Positions 38,720-49,900 are shown, counted from the stretch's first letter. The stretch is 64,000 nt of DNA from Truepera sp. (GCA_965218435.1 CBDCKW010000005.1:352001-416000), one strand, 5' to 3'. Notes: generated from the letters alone by a model not told the origin. Translations and numbers: made by a program.

Positions 38720-39699
38720 CAGTACCGAATCCTCGGGTCGATCAGCGCGAGCGCAAGGTCAGAAATCAAATTACCAACCATCAGCAAAAGGGTCAGAATC
38801 GTGAGCAGTGCCATAATGACGTAGGTGTCTTGGGCGTAGATCGAGCTGAGAAATAGTGGCGTGATCCCAGGCCAGCGCAATACGTATTCGACCGAGCCTG
38901 CGCCGCCGATCAGACTGGGTAACAAGCCGCCGATAGTTGCAACGATAACAATTACTGCGTTTCTAAGCGCATGCTTATAGTTGACTGAGCGTTCAGAAAG
39001 ACCTTTAGCACGGGCTGTGCGCACGTAATCCTGCGCAAGAACCTCGAGCATCTCCCCGCGCATAAACCTCGAGACCGACGCGAGGCCCGCGAGCATCACC
39101 ACAATCGTGGGTGCAATCAAATGCCAAGCAATATCACGAAACTGCCCCCACGCGCCGATCTGCCCAAAGTTTTGACTTGTCATGCCTCCAACTGGAATTA
39201 AAAAACTGTTCGTCGACTGAAACCACTGCACCGCGAAGGCTACGACGAGCAGCGCGAGAAAAAAGTTAGGGATAGCCAACCCGATAAGGCTAAATACGGT
39301 CAATATTCTGTCACCGATTGAGTATTTGCGAACGGCCGAGAAGACGCCGATCGGAACGGCAACAAGATAGGTCAAGAGAGTTGCGGGCAGCAGCAGTCGC
39401 AAACTGTTGATCATGCGCGGCACGATAAGCGCCGTCACGCTTCCTTTAGAAGTCATGCTGGTGCCAAAGTCAAAATCTGTTACGACGTTTCTGAGCCAGT
39501 AGAAATAGCGGACAAACCACGGTTGACCGAGCCCTAAAGCCTCACGGATACGCTGCGCCTTATTCGGGTCAACTTGGTCAAACGCAAACTTGCTAGCGAA
39601 ATCGCCGGGGGCGATCTCAATGACAATCCAAGCTAGCAAGGTCGCCAAGATAAATGTTGGGATAAGGTTGATAAAACGTCTGAGGATGTAGGTTGTCAC
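38719..39699 (-). CDS. Peptide ABC transporter permease (OppB/DppB-like)
   Basis: YILRR, DYVRTARAKGL, HALRNA, DPRIRY. Confidence 0.92.
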   Translation of the reverse strand: MTTYILRRFINLIPTFILATLLAWIVIEIAPGDFASKFAFDQVDPNKAQRIREALGLGQPWFVRYFYWLRNVVTDFDFGTSMTSKGSVTALIVPRMINSLRLLLPATLLTYLVAVPIGVFSAVRKYSIGDRILTVFSLIGLAIPNFFLALLVVAFAVQWFQSTNSFLIPVGGMTSQNFGQIGAWGQFRDIAWHLIAPTIVVMLAGLASVSRFMRGEMLEVLAQDYVRTARAKGLSERSVNYKHALRNAVIVIVATIGGLLPSLIGGAGSVEYVLRWPGITPLFLSSIYAQDTYVIMALLTILTLLLMVGNLISDLALALIDPRIRY

Positions 39700-39782
39700 A
39701 ACTTGCTCCAGAAAAGTGGTGTTGCTTCTAACCAGGGGTATAGCGGTTTGAAAACATCCAAACCGCCTTGATCTTTAGACGT

Positions 39783-41576
39783 CTATTGTGGAGAGGTCAG
39801 ATTGGCTCGGAACCCCCCGGGTCTGTAGGGAGACTCGATTGCATTGGCATCAAGCGCCTCTTTCGGCCAGAGGTTGCCCATGTTGCCGTAAAAGCTAAAT
39901 GCGGGGCTAATAAGTGGCGTCATCGGCAGATACTGTCGCATCAGCTTGGCCCGCTCGTTGTAGATCGCTACGCGCTCGTCTAAGTCGAGCGTGCGATCCA
40001 TCCGGCGGCTGAGACGGTCCATCGAGATTTCCCACGGTTCGGCGTTGTTCGGGTCCTTGTTCCACGAATTGAGGTTTTCGCCTAACCCTAGGACGTTTAC
40101 AGCCGAGGGGTTATCGACGTCACCCCCAGCCAGGCCCCATATCTGCGCGTCGTAATCAACTTTGGTCCCTTCGGCCTCGGTGCCGGTAATCGAATCCGAC
40201 CAGATTTCCGAGGAGACCTCACGTGGGTTCACGCGGACGCCATACTGCGACAATGTTTGGGCGATAACCTGTGCCTCTTGGCTGCGCCGGTCGTTACCGG
40301 AGGGGAACTGTAAGTCGAAGGCGACACGGCAGCCCGTGTCAGGGTTTTTCAGCACGCCGTCCTGCCCGGTTTCGGTAAAGCCTATCGAGTTAAGGAGTTC
40401 GACGCCGCGCTCGGGGTTGAGTTCAAACGGCTCGAGGTCGGGTGCATCAAAAGGCGCTGCTGCATCGCTATTCCAATCACTGGCAGGAAAACCAAGACCA
40501 CCTAGCGCTGCTTGAATCAGCGCTTGCCGGTCGATCATGATGGCAATCGCCTGACGAAACTCGGGCGTTTTGAACATATTGCGCTTGCACTCATTTTTCT
40601 TCTGGAAGTTATAGGTGATGAAGTCAACGAGCGTGTCGGGGCCGATGTTGGGATAGAAGGTGCCACCGATGGTGCCGTTTTGCACCGCTTGCTGCACCGC
40701 GCGCACGTCGTCTACCGTTTGTGGCCAGTCGAAGCTGGCTTGACCCGTAGTGACGAGCGCAACCTGCGCGTTACGGTCGGCAACGAAATCTACGGTCCAG
40801 GTGTCGGGGCCGGGTAAGGGGGAGCCGTCAGCAGCGTGGACGTTTTTGCCGTATTCCGGGTTTTTAGAGAGTACAATGCGCTCACCCGAACGAAACTCGG
40901 TGATCTTGTAGGGGCCGCCTGAAACGAGCTGATTGACGGGTGTGTCAACGCCCCAAAGCGCCAAGATGCCCGCTGCACCTTTGTCTCTATAAACTGGCAT
41001 AAAGATATGCGCGGGAACGGCCCCTAAACCGGCGATGTTCCCTATCAGATTGACCTGTGGCTGAGGTGCGGTGACGCGGAACTGGTACTTGCCGAGCTTT
41101 TCGTACACGATGGGCTCTTCGTTGTCGCCAACCACCGTTGCACTGTAATCGTTTGACTGAACGTCCGGATCACCTTTGATGGTGCGCGCGGCGATATAAT
41201 CGTCGGCTGTTATCTCAGTGCCGTCCGACCACTTCCACCCCTTTTTCAAGGTAATAACAAATTCTTGCTCGGGGCGCACCTCCTCGATAGACGCCGCGTG
41301 TTCCAGATTAAACAAGCCGTCTTCTTTGCGAAACGAGCGGTTGCCGAGCCAGTCGCGGTAGACGAGATCCGGTGCGCCGGCTAGCTCGAGGACGGCAACC
41401 TCCTGTGCGGTTGAGGTGAGCACCGGGTTAAGTGTCGAAAAGTCACCGAACAGCGCTTCGTTAACTGTCCCGCCCTGCTTTGCTGTCGGTGCGTAATTTT
41501 CCGGCCACTGGAAAGGTTGCCCAAACGCCACGCTCACCGTAACCAGTGCAGCGGCTGTCAGATACCATCTTTTCAC
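39783..41576 (-). CDS. Peptide ABC transporter substrate-binding protein (family 5)
   Basis: Signal peptide; LKKGWKWSDGTEITADD, SGGPYKI, FRQAIAIMIDR. Confidence 0.9.
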   Translation of the reverse strand: MKRWYLTAAALVTVSVAFGQPFQWPENYAPTAKQGGTVNEALFGDFSTLNPVLTSTAQEVAVLELAGAPDLVYRDWLGNRSFRKEDGLFNLEHAASIEEVRPEQEFVITLKKGWKWSDGTEITADDYIAARTIKGDPDVQSNDYSATVVGDNEEPIVYEKLGKYQFRVTAPQPQVNLIGNIAGLGAVPAHIFMPVYRDKGAAGILALWGVDTPVNQLVSGGPYKITEFRSGERIVLSKNPEYGKNVHAADGSPLPGPDTWTVDFVADRNAQVALVTTGQASFDWPQTVDDVRAVQQAVQNGTIGGTFYPNIGPDTLVDFITYNFQKKNECKRNMFKTPEFRQAIAIMIDRQALIQAALGGLGFPASDWNSDAAAPFDAPDLEPFELNPERGVELLNSIGFTETGQDGVLKNPDTGCRVAFDLQFPSGNDRRSQEAQVIAQTLSQYGVRVNPREVSSEIWSDSITGTEAEGTKVDYDAQIWGLAGGDVDNPSAVNVLGLGENLNSWNKDPNNAEPWEISMDRLSRRMDRTLDLDERVAIYNERAKLMRQYLPMTPLISPAFSFYGNMGNLWPKEALDANAIESPYRPGGFRANLTSPQ

Positions 41577-41641
41577 TTGATCGACCTCCTTAACTACTAA
41601 GACAAAACCTATGTGCTAAAAATCTCTATGACAAGGTGACC

Positions 41642-42112
41642 TTATGGCGACACTAAAGAATTTTTAACAAGCTTGACCGCTGTGCTTTCTACGAGGTACT
41701 GCAAAGCAGCACGCTGGTCGTTCTCTCCGTGCAAGACACCCCGCCACACCACCCGTCCAGTAACGTCGGTAACCAACAGCTCGGCTTTCCAAGAGAATGG
41801 CGTGACGACAAAAGCCATCTTGTAATGAAGTTGCAACGATGCAGGAGTACAGTTTCGAACCGGACTCGAGTCCGCAAGGGCTGCTGTTATAACCCGCATT
41901 GACGCCTTTTCGAAAGCCGGTATCCTGTAGGTACCTAGCGCAACGTCGGTATTTAAGCAGACGCTTCTATCCTGCTCTTGTAAACCCATCCTGTCGTCCG
42001 GGCCGTCGAGCTTGGCGCAACCTGTGATGAAGGCGCTGAAGAGCAGGGCTATCGCAGCTAGTCGAAGAGAAGTTGCGTTGGACCGACAAGCGACTCGACA
42101 GGGTTGACGCAC
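41642..42112 (-). CDS. Putative lipoprotein
   Basis: GGAGG RBS; LLFSAFITGC lipobox-like. Confidence 0.55.
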   Translation of the reverse strand: MRQPCRVACRSNATSLRLAAIALLFSAFITGCAKLDGPDDRMGLQEQDRSVCLNTDVALGTYRIPAFEKASMRVITAALADSSPVRNCTPASLQLHYKMAFVVTPFSWKAELLVTDVTGRVVWRGVLHGENDQRAALQYLVESTAVKLVKNSLVSP

Positions 42113-43063
42113 GGTTTGGCCTCCTAAATGTCTTAAATCATCAACTTCACAAAGCTAAGAGTGGGGATTTACGACTACTCACACCACCTTCCGGCTAAAT
42201 CAGCCATCGTCGTCATAGCTATCGAGCAGCAACGGTTGCAGACCAGAAGCAGTCGGGTTATCAGCTCGCAAAGATTATGGTAGAAGGCAGCCGGGTACAA
42301 GTACAAATCAAATAAATGTTGAAAGTAGCGTTTTGTATCAATATCTTTCATAAAAACAAATCGAAGCAGTCTGTTTCGGACTTGCATTATCGCGAGCCTG
42401 AAGCAGTTTTCTACGACCTCATTGACGAAAATATCGTCCAGCTCGACGCCTTGTGGAAACAAAGTGACAAAAACCCAGCTGTCACGTGGTGCCGCGAAAG
42501 CTTGGTGAAGCGTGAAAACCAAGGGGAATAAAGAGACTCGACACCCGTTCTGGTGAATGTCCATGACGTGTGTAAAGTAGATTAGCTAAAGCCGTTGATA
42601 TCGAGACGCGTCTTGGTAGGTTTGAAGTGACTGGGCTGCTCTCGAGGTTAGACACGGGACCATGCTCGCGCGAATCATGGAACTCGAGGAGCTAGCCCTG
42701 AAAGGTTGCACTCGGTCGCTGAACTTGTCCTTATATATAGGGTATGCCCACCGCCCACGCCGCACCTCGTTTCCGTTTGTCAACACTACCAACATAATGC
42801 TGATTCTTAGCTTAGAACTAACGAGCTGCTTTCAAATTAGTAACCAACTACGTTATAGGTGTAAGTCTCGCAAGAAAACGTCTTAATTTTTGTAACGACA
42901 ATAGCGCGTTATTATAGCTATTTTGGAGAAGGTAATTCTACAAACAACGTTTTTAGAGAGTTTTGTTTTAGTTTACTAAGGAGTTGGCGGGCTCGAGCCT
43001 AGGTAGCTTAGGTCTTGAACCGAGGGCTCAAGCGTATCCATAAGGCCAGAGCTTCGCCTTATC

Positions 43064-43941
43064 TAACCATTGGTGCTAGTTCATAGGGAGAACTCAGCAA
43101 TGCTCATTCTGAAGGGTCAGTTTCAGGATGGAGCTTGTGAAAAAGACGTAGAAGTACGTTGAACATGGCGGTAACGAAGACCAAGCGCATCTCGATGTAA
43201 GCGGCTAAGCGGTGCCAGATACGTTTGAGGTCACAAACAGTTGTCACCATAGAGAGTGCTGTTTCCACCACCATGCGTTCATTCCAGGTCCCCTTGGCAC
43301 AGAGTTTGAGATTTTCAGGTACGCCCTTGGCAGCTCTGAAACCCAAGTCCGAGAGCACGATGGTCTGCCCGTCGAAGCACTCAATCAGTGGGTGAAACGT
43401 CTGGTCGTGCTCGTTCATCCCTGCCCAGTCCCAGCCGACCACCTGACCCAGGTCATTCAAGAACCAACAGAACTTGATGCCTACGCTCCACCTCCCCTTG
43501 TCTCTGCCTTTCTTGCCTACTTGCTGCTCGCTCCATCCTTGGCGGATGGGGAAGAGCAGTTCGATGGGATAAGAGTCGACTACCGTGAAAAAGCTCGGTT
43601 TGGCAAGCAATGCCTCACACGAATCCTGATGTGCCCGGAGCAAACGCTGCAAACGTGAACGCTCAGGAAGTCCAGCAAACAGATCATCATAGTCGCGCTT
43701 GAGCCAACGGTAGAAGGCCCGAAACCCTCTGCCTTTGAGGGCGAACAAGATGCCGATAGTCACAAGTTCGCTCGGATACAGTTTAGCTTGGGGGTGCTTG
43801 GCAAGTTTAGGCATAGTGTCATCGACTTCCATAAAGATACGGATGATAATGTCCTCGGTGGTCATAGGTGCTCCTCCTGTGTTTGTCGCTATTCACAGTT
43901 TCAGAGTTCTCTATGACCGCTTCAACTAGCACCATTGGTTA
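43064..43941 (-). mobile_element. Small IS with a DDE transposase (43104..43865), IS982-like
   Basis: 18-bp inverted repeats TAACCATTGGTGCTAGTT and AACTAGCACCATTGGTTA (1 mismatch); KLYPSELVTI, VVDSYPI, LSDLGF, RMVVET. Confidence 0.8.
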
Positions 43942-44000
43942 TTAGCCCTCGGTGAACGTGATGCGGGCCGTGCTCCCCGCGACGCATGACGCGCTGACCC

Positions 44001-44915
44001 TTGCTAAACTCATCCATGACCAACCCAACGGGCTTCACCAGCCCAGACCCGGCTCGTGAGCTATCCAAGCGGGCCGTCACCGCCGCCGTCGCCCTCGCCC
44101 GAAAGCATGGCGTGAGGGTCGTCGAGCCGACGGTCCTTGCCGACTACTACTCCGTCGCCGTTCACCTCAAACCTGCCCCGGTCGTCGCCCGCGTCTCGAC
44201 GCTCACAGCGCAGCTGCGTGACCCCATCGAGCCGTGGCTCGAGCGCGAAGTCGCCGTGACCTCATTCTTATCCCGTCAGGGCGCACCCGTCGTCGCGCCG
44301 AGTTCTGAGTTACCCCCCGGGCCGCACCGTCACGGCGGTCTCACCGTAACCTTCTGGACGCACTTCCAGGCCGAACCAGGGCGGGAAACGACGATGGCGG
44401 ACTGTGCGGCTATGCTCGCCGACCTCCACGCCGCGTTGCGGTCGTATGCCGACGAATTGCCCGTCCTCGCTTCGGTCGGCCGCGACATCGAACAGGGCCT
44501 GGTTCACCTGCCCCGCACCCGCGACCTGTTGAGCGAGGTCAAAGTCGACCAGCTGCGGGAACTCGCCCGAGACCTCGAGCCACTGTGGGAAACGCCAAGG
44601 GGCGAGTTGCGCCCGCTGCATGGCGACGCGCATCCCGGGAACCTGATCGTGACCAAAGCGGGTCCGGTGTGGCTCGATTTCGAGGATGTCTGTTCGGGGC
44701 CTGTCGAGTGGGATCTGGCGCTGCTGAACTGGTTCGACGCGGACGCGGTCGCCCAACACCATCATCCTGATCCGGAACGATTGGAGGAATACTCGCGGCT
44801 GCGTGCGCTCCACGTGGCGATGTGCCAACTTGTGTTCTACGACGTGTTTAAAAATGATGCCGAGCACCGGACGAACCTGAGCTGGGCCATAGATAAATGC
44901 CTGCAAGGCGATTGA
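44001..44915 (+). CDS. Aminoglycoside phosphotransferase / choline kinase family protein
   Basis: LHGDAHPGNL, WLDFED, GPVEWDLA. Confidence 0.85.
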   Translation: MLNSSMTNPTGFTSPDPARELSKRAVTAAVALARKHGVRVVEPTVLADYYSVAVHLKPAPVVARVSTLTAQLRDPIEPWLEREVAVTSFLSRQGAPVVAPSSELPPGPHRHGGLTVTFWTHFQAEPGRETTMADCAAMLADLHAALRSYADELPVLASVGRDIEQGLVHLPRTRDLLSEVKVDQLRELARDLEPLWETPRGELRPLHGDAHPGNLIVTKAGPVWLDFEDVCSGPVEWDLALLNWFDADAVAQHHHPDPERLEEYSRLRALHVAMCQLVFYDVFKNDAEHRTNLSWAIDKCLQGD

Positions 44916-45129
44916 GAGCACCGTTAGAGCGATGATGGCATAGGGGTCATCAAAGGGCACTGCACCGAGTCTACAAAGCCCACTAGCGTCCTTTGCTAGA
45001 GACGAAACAACCGCCTTGTCCCTGTGCAGCTTATGCGGTCTTTGAGCGCGAAGACGCAGTAGCGATGGCAAACTAAGTGAGCTACGCCTATCAATGTTTC
45101 TAGTGCATCAAGTATGTTGATGCCAAAAC

Positions 45130-45555
45130 TTAGATAAACAGTTCGCTGCTCACGCCGAAGTAGGCCGCCAGTTTCTTAGCGACATCTTTGCTGATCTCAC
45201 GGCGCTGGGCGAGAATGGCGCTCAGCGTAGGCTGGGGAATTCCCGTATCTTTGGCGACCCGGTAGGCGCTCACGCCACGCTGCTCGAGATAATAAGCGAG
45301 CATCCGGTAGGGCGGCACCACGCCCTCTAAGATGTCGGCGTCATGCACCTTCTCCCACTCGCCGATATAGAAAGCTACGAGGTCGTAAAGCGGCGCGTGT
45401 TCGGGGTCGTTGCAGTTATAGGTGCTGGTCAGTTTGTCGGTAAACGCGACCAGCGCCTCGTACTGCGCTTCGGTCTGAGGCATCTCCAGCACGAGGTCGT
45501 CTTGGGTAGCCTGGGTAAACGTTTCCCAGGCGGTTACGACTTGGTTGACGTTCAT
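45130..45555 (-). CDS. higA: HigA-type HTH antitoxin
   Basis: GIPQPTLSAILAQRREIS...KLAAYFGV; ATGA overlap with the toxin. Confidence 0.8.
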   Translation of the reverse strand: MNVNQVVTAWETFTQATQDDLVLEMPQTEAQYEALVAFTDKLTSTYNCNDPEHAPLYDLVAFYIGEWEKVHDADILEGVVPPYRMLAYYLEQRGVSAYRVAKDTGIPQPTLSAILAQRREISKDVAKKLAAYFGVSSELFI

Positions 45556-45860
45556 AACGGCCTCCCTTGGCGGTTCCAGCGGTCGTACTGGGCGTGCGTC
45601 ATCACGAGCTTGATAAAGACCGATTGAGCACGGTAGCGAACAAAGGTGACGACGCGGTATTTGTTGCCCCCGACATCGAAGATGGTGATCTCAAAACCGC
45701 GTTCGCTAAAAAAGTCGGCGCGGGGGTGGTCGGCGCGAAGTTCATTAAGATTCTGGTAACTCGCTTTTTGAACGTCCTTAAACCACTCGCGTAACGGCGT
45801 CTCGGCTTGGTCGTGCTCAGTCCAGAAAGCGCGTAGCGTTCTGAGAGCGATGACGTTCAT
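45552..45860 (-). CDS. higB: HigB-family toxin
   Basis: MNVIALRTLRAFW...IFDVGGNKYRVV...THAQYD. Confidence 0.9.
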   Translation of the reverse strand: MNVIALRTLRAFWTEHDQAETPLREWFKDVQKASYQNLNELRADHPRADFFSERGFEITIFDVGGNKYRVVTFVRYRAQSVFIKLVMTHAQYDRWNRQGRPL

Positions 45861-45894
45861 AAGCCATTATGTAACATAGCGTTATGCTTGTCAA
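45861..45894 (-). promoter_or_regulatory. Leaderless higBA promoter
   Basis: TTGACA, 17 bp, CATAAT, 5 nt, ATG; TATGT-N-ACATA palindrome overlaps the -10. Confidence 0.75.
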
Positions 45895-46149
45895 TGCGTT
45901 AAGTAATGATCGACTATCGACGCGCCCGTACCGCGTTCAGAGCCGCTTCATCCACGCCTCGAGGGTGCTTTTAATGCGCTCGCGTAGCCTCGGGCCTCGG
46001 CCTCGAGTCCGGGCAGCTCCGCAGGCACGACGTCGTACTGGGCGGCCTGTTCGGTCAGCTGCTCGACGCGCCGCTGCACCCGGAGGTGTTGCTGCACGAG
46101 TCCCTCGAGACCGTCCAGATCATCTACACCGATCAGCGCCCGCGCCACA

Positions 46150-47313
46150 CTAGCCCCCGGACGGCCCAAGTCTGGCGAGTTCTACCAGGAGCTGCTGGCG
46201 GTCGTGGGTTTTGAGCCAATCGCGCACGTCGCCCGCCGGGGGGAGTCCCGGCAACCGAGCGATTCGTAACCGCTTGGCGACGCCTGCGAGTTCACCGTAA
46301 ACCCTTCGCGCGTGGTCTTCCCCGGCCTCGTCAAAGTCCGGCACGATGATCACGGTCCCCCCTTGCAACGTTTCGGTGTAGGCTTCATCCCATTTTCCTG
46401 CGCCCCCGGCGTTACACGTGGCGACGAGCCCGAGCTGCTCGAGCGCATGAACGTCCTCCTCACCCTCGACGACGTGGACCGCTAGGCCGTCCTCAGCAGC
46501 AGCCATCACATTCGGCAAGCGGTATAAGACTTGCCTACAGGCGTCCAGCTGCACGCGTTCGGCGTCCGCGGGAGCATCCTCGTCCAGGTAGAGGTTGCCG
46601 CTCTGTCCCGGCACGTAAACGTCCTGGGTGACTCCCCACGCCCAGGCGTCCCCGTACGGCCTGCGCTGCGAGAAGCCTTTGGGCTCGAAGCGCACCACCT
46701 GGTAGAGCAGCTTCCCCCGCTCGTCCACATAGTCGTAATAAGCTACCGGCTTGCCCTCACACCGCCGCTGCCGCTTCTTACGCCGCAAGGTTCTTGAGCG
46801 CAGCGTGAGCCGCCTCCAGGATGCGCTGGCTGTCCCTGGAGGGTGCCTCGAGGGCGCTGCGTACACACGCGAGCGCGTTCTCATGTGAGAGTAACGCTTG
46901 GCTCAGCGGGTGGTTGAAGGGCACGATGCGCCCCTCGTTCACCGCACGCCAGAGCGCCTCATGAACCGCGTCGCCCGCCTCGATCTTCGCTTTACGCCCC
47001 CGCGCTTGAGCTGCGGTGGGGGCGGTTCCGCACCGGCTCCTGCTTTAAGCTGCGCGGCAGCCTCGGCCTTACTGAGGCCGCAGATGTCCGTCAGGAAGCC
47101 GAAGGCGTTACCACTCTCCCGGGTTCTATGATCACGGTAAAGCCAGGTGCCGCCGTCACCCTTGAACAGCGAGAAGGACTCGTGTTCGTCGCCACGCCAG
47201 ACGGCGAAGACAACCTCTTTGCGGCCCGGTTGTGCGCCCGAGTCGGGGTAGTAGCGGCCTACCAGATCTGGCAAGTCGGTCTGTTCGATGGCCATACGTA
47301 GCGCGTCGTCCAT
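46150..47313 (-). pseudogene. Phage/plasmid primase region (N-terminal domain plus Toprim), broken by frameshifts
   Basis: WRGDEHESFSL...GNAFGFL; YDYVDERG.LLYQVVRFEPKGF, LYRLP, VVEGEED, PDFDEAG. Confidence 0.7.
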
Positions 47314-47359
47314 ACGCTGCCGATACTTTAGAGCACCGCCGCGCGGCGTGACAAGCGCG

Positions 47360-47569
47360 CTAGTCGTAGCCGCCGTCATCGTCGCCGTCCAGGACGTCCT
47401 CCTGCGTCGGGTAAGGGTAGCTGGCACCAGGATCGCTCTGCTGTCCTGAAGCGGCCACGCCCGGCGCGAGAAATGAGGCGACGCCGCCGATGAGCATCAC
47501 CAGGCGGATGCTGGCGGGTAGGGCGTCGCCTGACCAGATGGCGACGCCGATCAGTATAAAGCCGGTCAT
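47360..47569 (-). CDS. Small membrane protein
   Basis: GGAGG RBS, two hydrophobic segments, acidic tail. Confidence 0.5.
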   Translation of the reverse strand: MTGFILIGVAIWSGDALPASIRLVMLIGGVASFLAPGVAASGQQSDPGASYPYPTQEDVLDGDDDGGYD

Positions 47570-47595
47570 AATCCCTCCTGTCTCCCCTTTGCACG

Positions 47596-48181
47596 TTAAT
47601 CGTGCGTCTTTTGCAGTTCGTCCAGGGAAAGAGAAAACGCCTCCCCGAACACCCTGAGAAAGTGCTTCACCTCGGGCAGCTCGAGCGCATCTACCTGCGC
47701 CTTAAGGGCAGCTTCGGCTTGCGTGAACTCGCGGTTTCCTGCTTTGGTTTCCTGCACAGCCTTCAGAAGGCCACAGAGCTTGTCGGCAGCCTTGACGAGC
47801 TTGTATCACCTCGGGGTCGGTTGGCGTGAGCAGCGGCGCGTACTCCCTCTGCAAGCCCTTGGGCAACATGCTCAGCAGCCTCTGGGTGGCTGCGGTCTCG
47901 AGTTCCTTGTACGCCGTCCTCATTTCGGTAGTGGCGTACTTGACGGGGGTTGGCAGGTCGCCGGTGAAGACTTCGGAGGCGTCATGGAAGAGTGCGACCA
48001 CAGCGACGGTGTTTGGGTCGAGGGTACGGTTGTGGAAGCGCACCCCGATGACTGTCAGGGCGTGCGCGACGACCGCGACCTGATGCGAGTGCTCGGCGAC
48101 GTTTTCGGGCTCGGCGGCGCGCATGAGTCCCCAGCGCTGCACCAGCCGCAAGCGCGCGAGGTACGCGAAAAAGGCGCTCAT
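47596..48181 (-). pseudogene. HD-domain 5'-deoxynucleotidase (YfbR-like), frameshift near 47805
   Basis: RWGLM...ENVAEHS, ALFHDASEVFTGDLPTPVK; KLVKAADKLC...GNREF continues in another frame to TAA at 47596. Confidence 0.8.
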
Positions 48182-48435
48182 AGGTTCTCTGTGAGGACGT
48201 TCCAGTGTGCATCAGAAAGTGCGCGGAGGACAAACCCGTTGACGGGGAAGCCGATGACGGGAATCCACCAGATGACGTCCCTGGCATTTTCAGGAAGGCC
48301 GATCCTGGTGTGGAAAGCGGCGACGAGCGCGAGCAGGAGAAACACCACGTTGACGCCGTAACCGGCATACTGAGCGCGGACCAGAAACCGCAGGTAGCCG
48401 CGCCGGGTACGAAACCGTCTCCTGAGCCAGGTCAA
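48178..48435 (-). CDS. Small membrane protein
   Basis: AGGAGG RBS; two TM segments; coupled to the HD gene. Confidence 0.5.
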   Translation of the reverse strand: MTWLRRRFRTRRGYLRFLVRAQYAGYGVNVVFLLLALVAAFHTRIGLPENARDVIWWIPVIGFPVNGFVLRALSDAHWNVLTENL

Positions 48436-48506
48436 CGTTTACCTCCTTTAAGCTCGGGGGTCCTGACATCCTCTGCCGGGCATCATGACCCCCTTTGGGC
48501 TGAAGT

Positions 48507-49259
48507 CTAGGCGCTTATGTGCTGACGGGACGCTCTGGGTTCGTACCTGCCCGAGGCTTTGCGCTGGGCGTCGAGCCGCTTGACGTAGGTAAGCACCGTC
48601 AAGGCGTCGCTCTCGAGCATCCCGGTGAAGCTATCAACCGCTCGGCCCAGAGCCTGACCTGCGAGCACGTGATGTTCGTGGGCATGGATGTAGCGGAGCT
48701 TGCCCAGCTCCCTGTGCATCGAGCTGGCGCGGTTGCTGTCGAGCTTCACCTCCGCCGTGGTTGCCGGGGGCGGTACCTGCACCTTTTTGGGCGGTTCGGG
48801 CAGCGTGGGCGTTTCGGTCAGGCGGCGGCTGTTTTCGTCGTAGCCTACCCAGGCGATGGGAATGTCGTACAGATACCTCCCCAGCCCAAACTTAGAGCAC
48901 GCCCGCTTGAACGCTTGCGCCTCGGCGACCGTTCCCTGCGCGATCTTGTCGCCGCTGTCGAACTCGCCGGTGCTGGTGCGGGTGACCTCCCGGGTGGTGT
49001 ACCCAGAGGGCAATTCACCATCTTCCTGCGTGACCCGGATGGTCAACTCACAGATGAGGCGCTGATCGCCCCAGGTTTTGAAGCGGCAGCTCCATTCCGG
49101 CCCGAGCACCGCGTTGAGCCGGTCTTCGTACACTCTAGGCTCGGCGTAAGGAAGAGCCTGCGCCCGCTTTTTGTCACGGCTCACCGAGCCTGCCCGCCAG
49201 GAGACGGCCGCTGCCGGGAAGGGCTCAGCCAAGCGCCTTTGTATCTCGTTCCAGTTCAT
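48507..49259 (-). CDS. Rad52/Rad22-family single-strand annealing protein (DdrA/Sak-like)
   Basis: LAEPFP...ALPYAEPRVYEDRLNAVLG, QAFKRACSKFGLGRYLY. Confidence 0.88.
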   Translation of the reverse strand: MNWNEIQRRLAEPFPAAAVSWRAGSVSRDKKRAQALPYAEPRVYEDRLNAVLGPEWSCRFKTWGDQRLICELTIRVTQEDGELPSGYTTREVTRTSTGEFDSGDKIAQGTVAEAQAFKRACSKFGLGRYLYDIPIAWVGYDENSRRLTETPTLPEPPKKVQVPPPATTAEVKLDSNRASSMHRELGKLRYIHAHEHHVLAGQALGRAVDSFTGMLESDALTVLTYVKRLDAQRKASGRYEPRASRQHISA

Positions 49260-49754
49260 ACTTTCTCCTCCTCAGTTTGGTGGCGTCCTACCTTGTGGAC
49301 GCTCGCTCCTTTCTGCGCGCTCCTGCGATGCTGTTGCACAACTCCAAGCGTGTTGTTTCACGTTGATAAGAACTACTCCCTTCTCATCAAAAAGTTGCAC
49401 GGCTGCTCCTTAAGCAGCCGTGGGTACCTTGAACTTCGACTTTTGAAGCACGATGCGAAATCTATAGGCAACAGATGTCCCCGGTAGCCGTACATTCGCT
49501 GCTACCTCAACAAGAAGTTACCGTCAGCTGAGCGCTAGGCTCTGAGCGCCGCGAAACTTGGCGTCCGCCCTGATCTTGTGCGAGGTTAGTAGGTGACGCG
49601 TCGGCAGCCGAACCATCGTCATAGCGAGCTTGAGCCTCGGGAAGCTCCCCGGTGTGAGCGCTATTCCAGTGCATAAGGGCGTAGAGCGGTGTGGTCAGGT
49701 CTCGCCAAGCTCGGTAAGGGTGTAGATGACCTGTGGAGCCACGCCGATCTGCGA

Positions 49755-49900
49755 TGTTTAACAGCTCGCTGACGCTGGCTTTCTGCTTGCAGTGCTTGGG
49801 TAGCTGAGCTTGGTAAGGCTCGAGCCAGTCGTCGATGTAGACATAGACCCGCAAAACCAGCTCGTCGAGGCTACGCTGGTAACGGGGGTGATGGGCCATG
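49755..49900 (-). mobile_element. IS982-family transposase N-terminal remnant
   Basis: VYVYIDDWL...QKASVSELLNIA. Confidence 0.6.

Noticed and set aside
42769..42786. 18-bp exact repeat GTTTCCGTTTGTCAACAC, also at 58642-58659
   Set aside because: Only two copies with unrelated flanks; includes a common TTGACA; plausibly chance
42175..42900. Short ORFs on both strands upstream of the lipoprotein and Opp genes
   Set aside because: Mutually overlapping, no motifs; I cannot choose a real frame
44001..44915. Aminoglycoside resistance gene
   Set aside because: Only the generic APH/choline-kinase fold motifs are visible; substrate cannot be assigned
47596..48181. Z-genome (2-aminoadenine) pathway
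   Set aside because: An HD hydrolase alone is insufficient; no PurZ in the window and the gene is frameshifted
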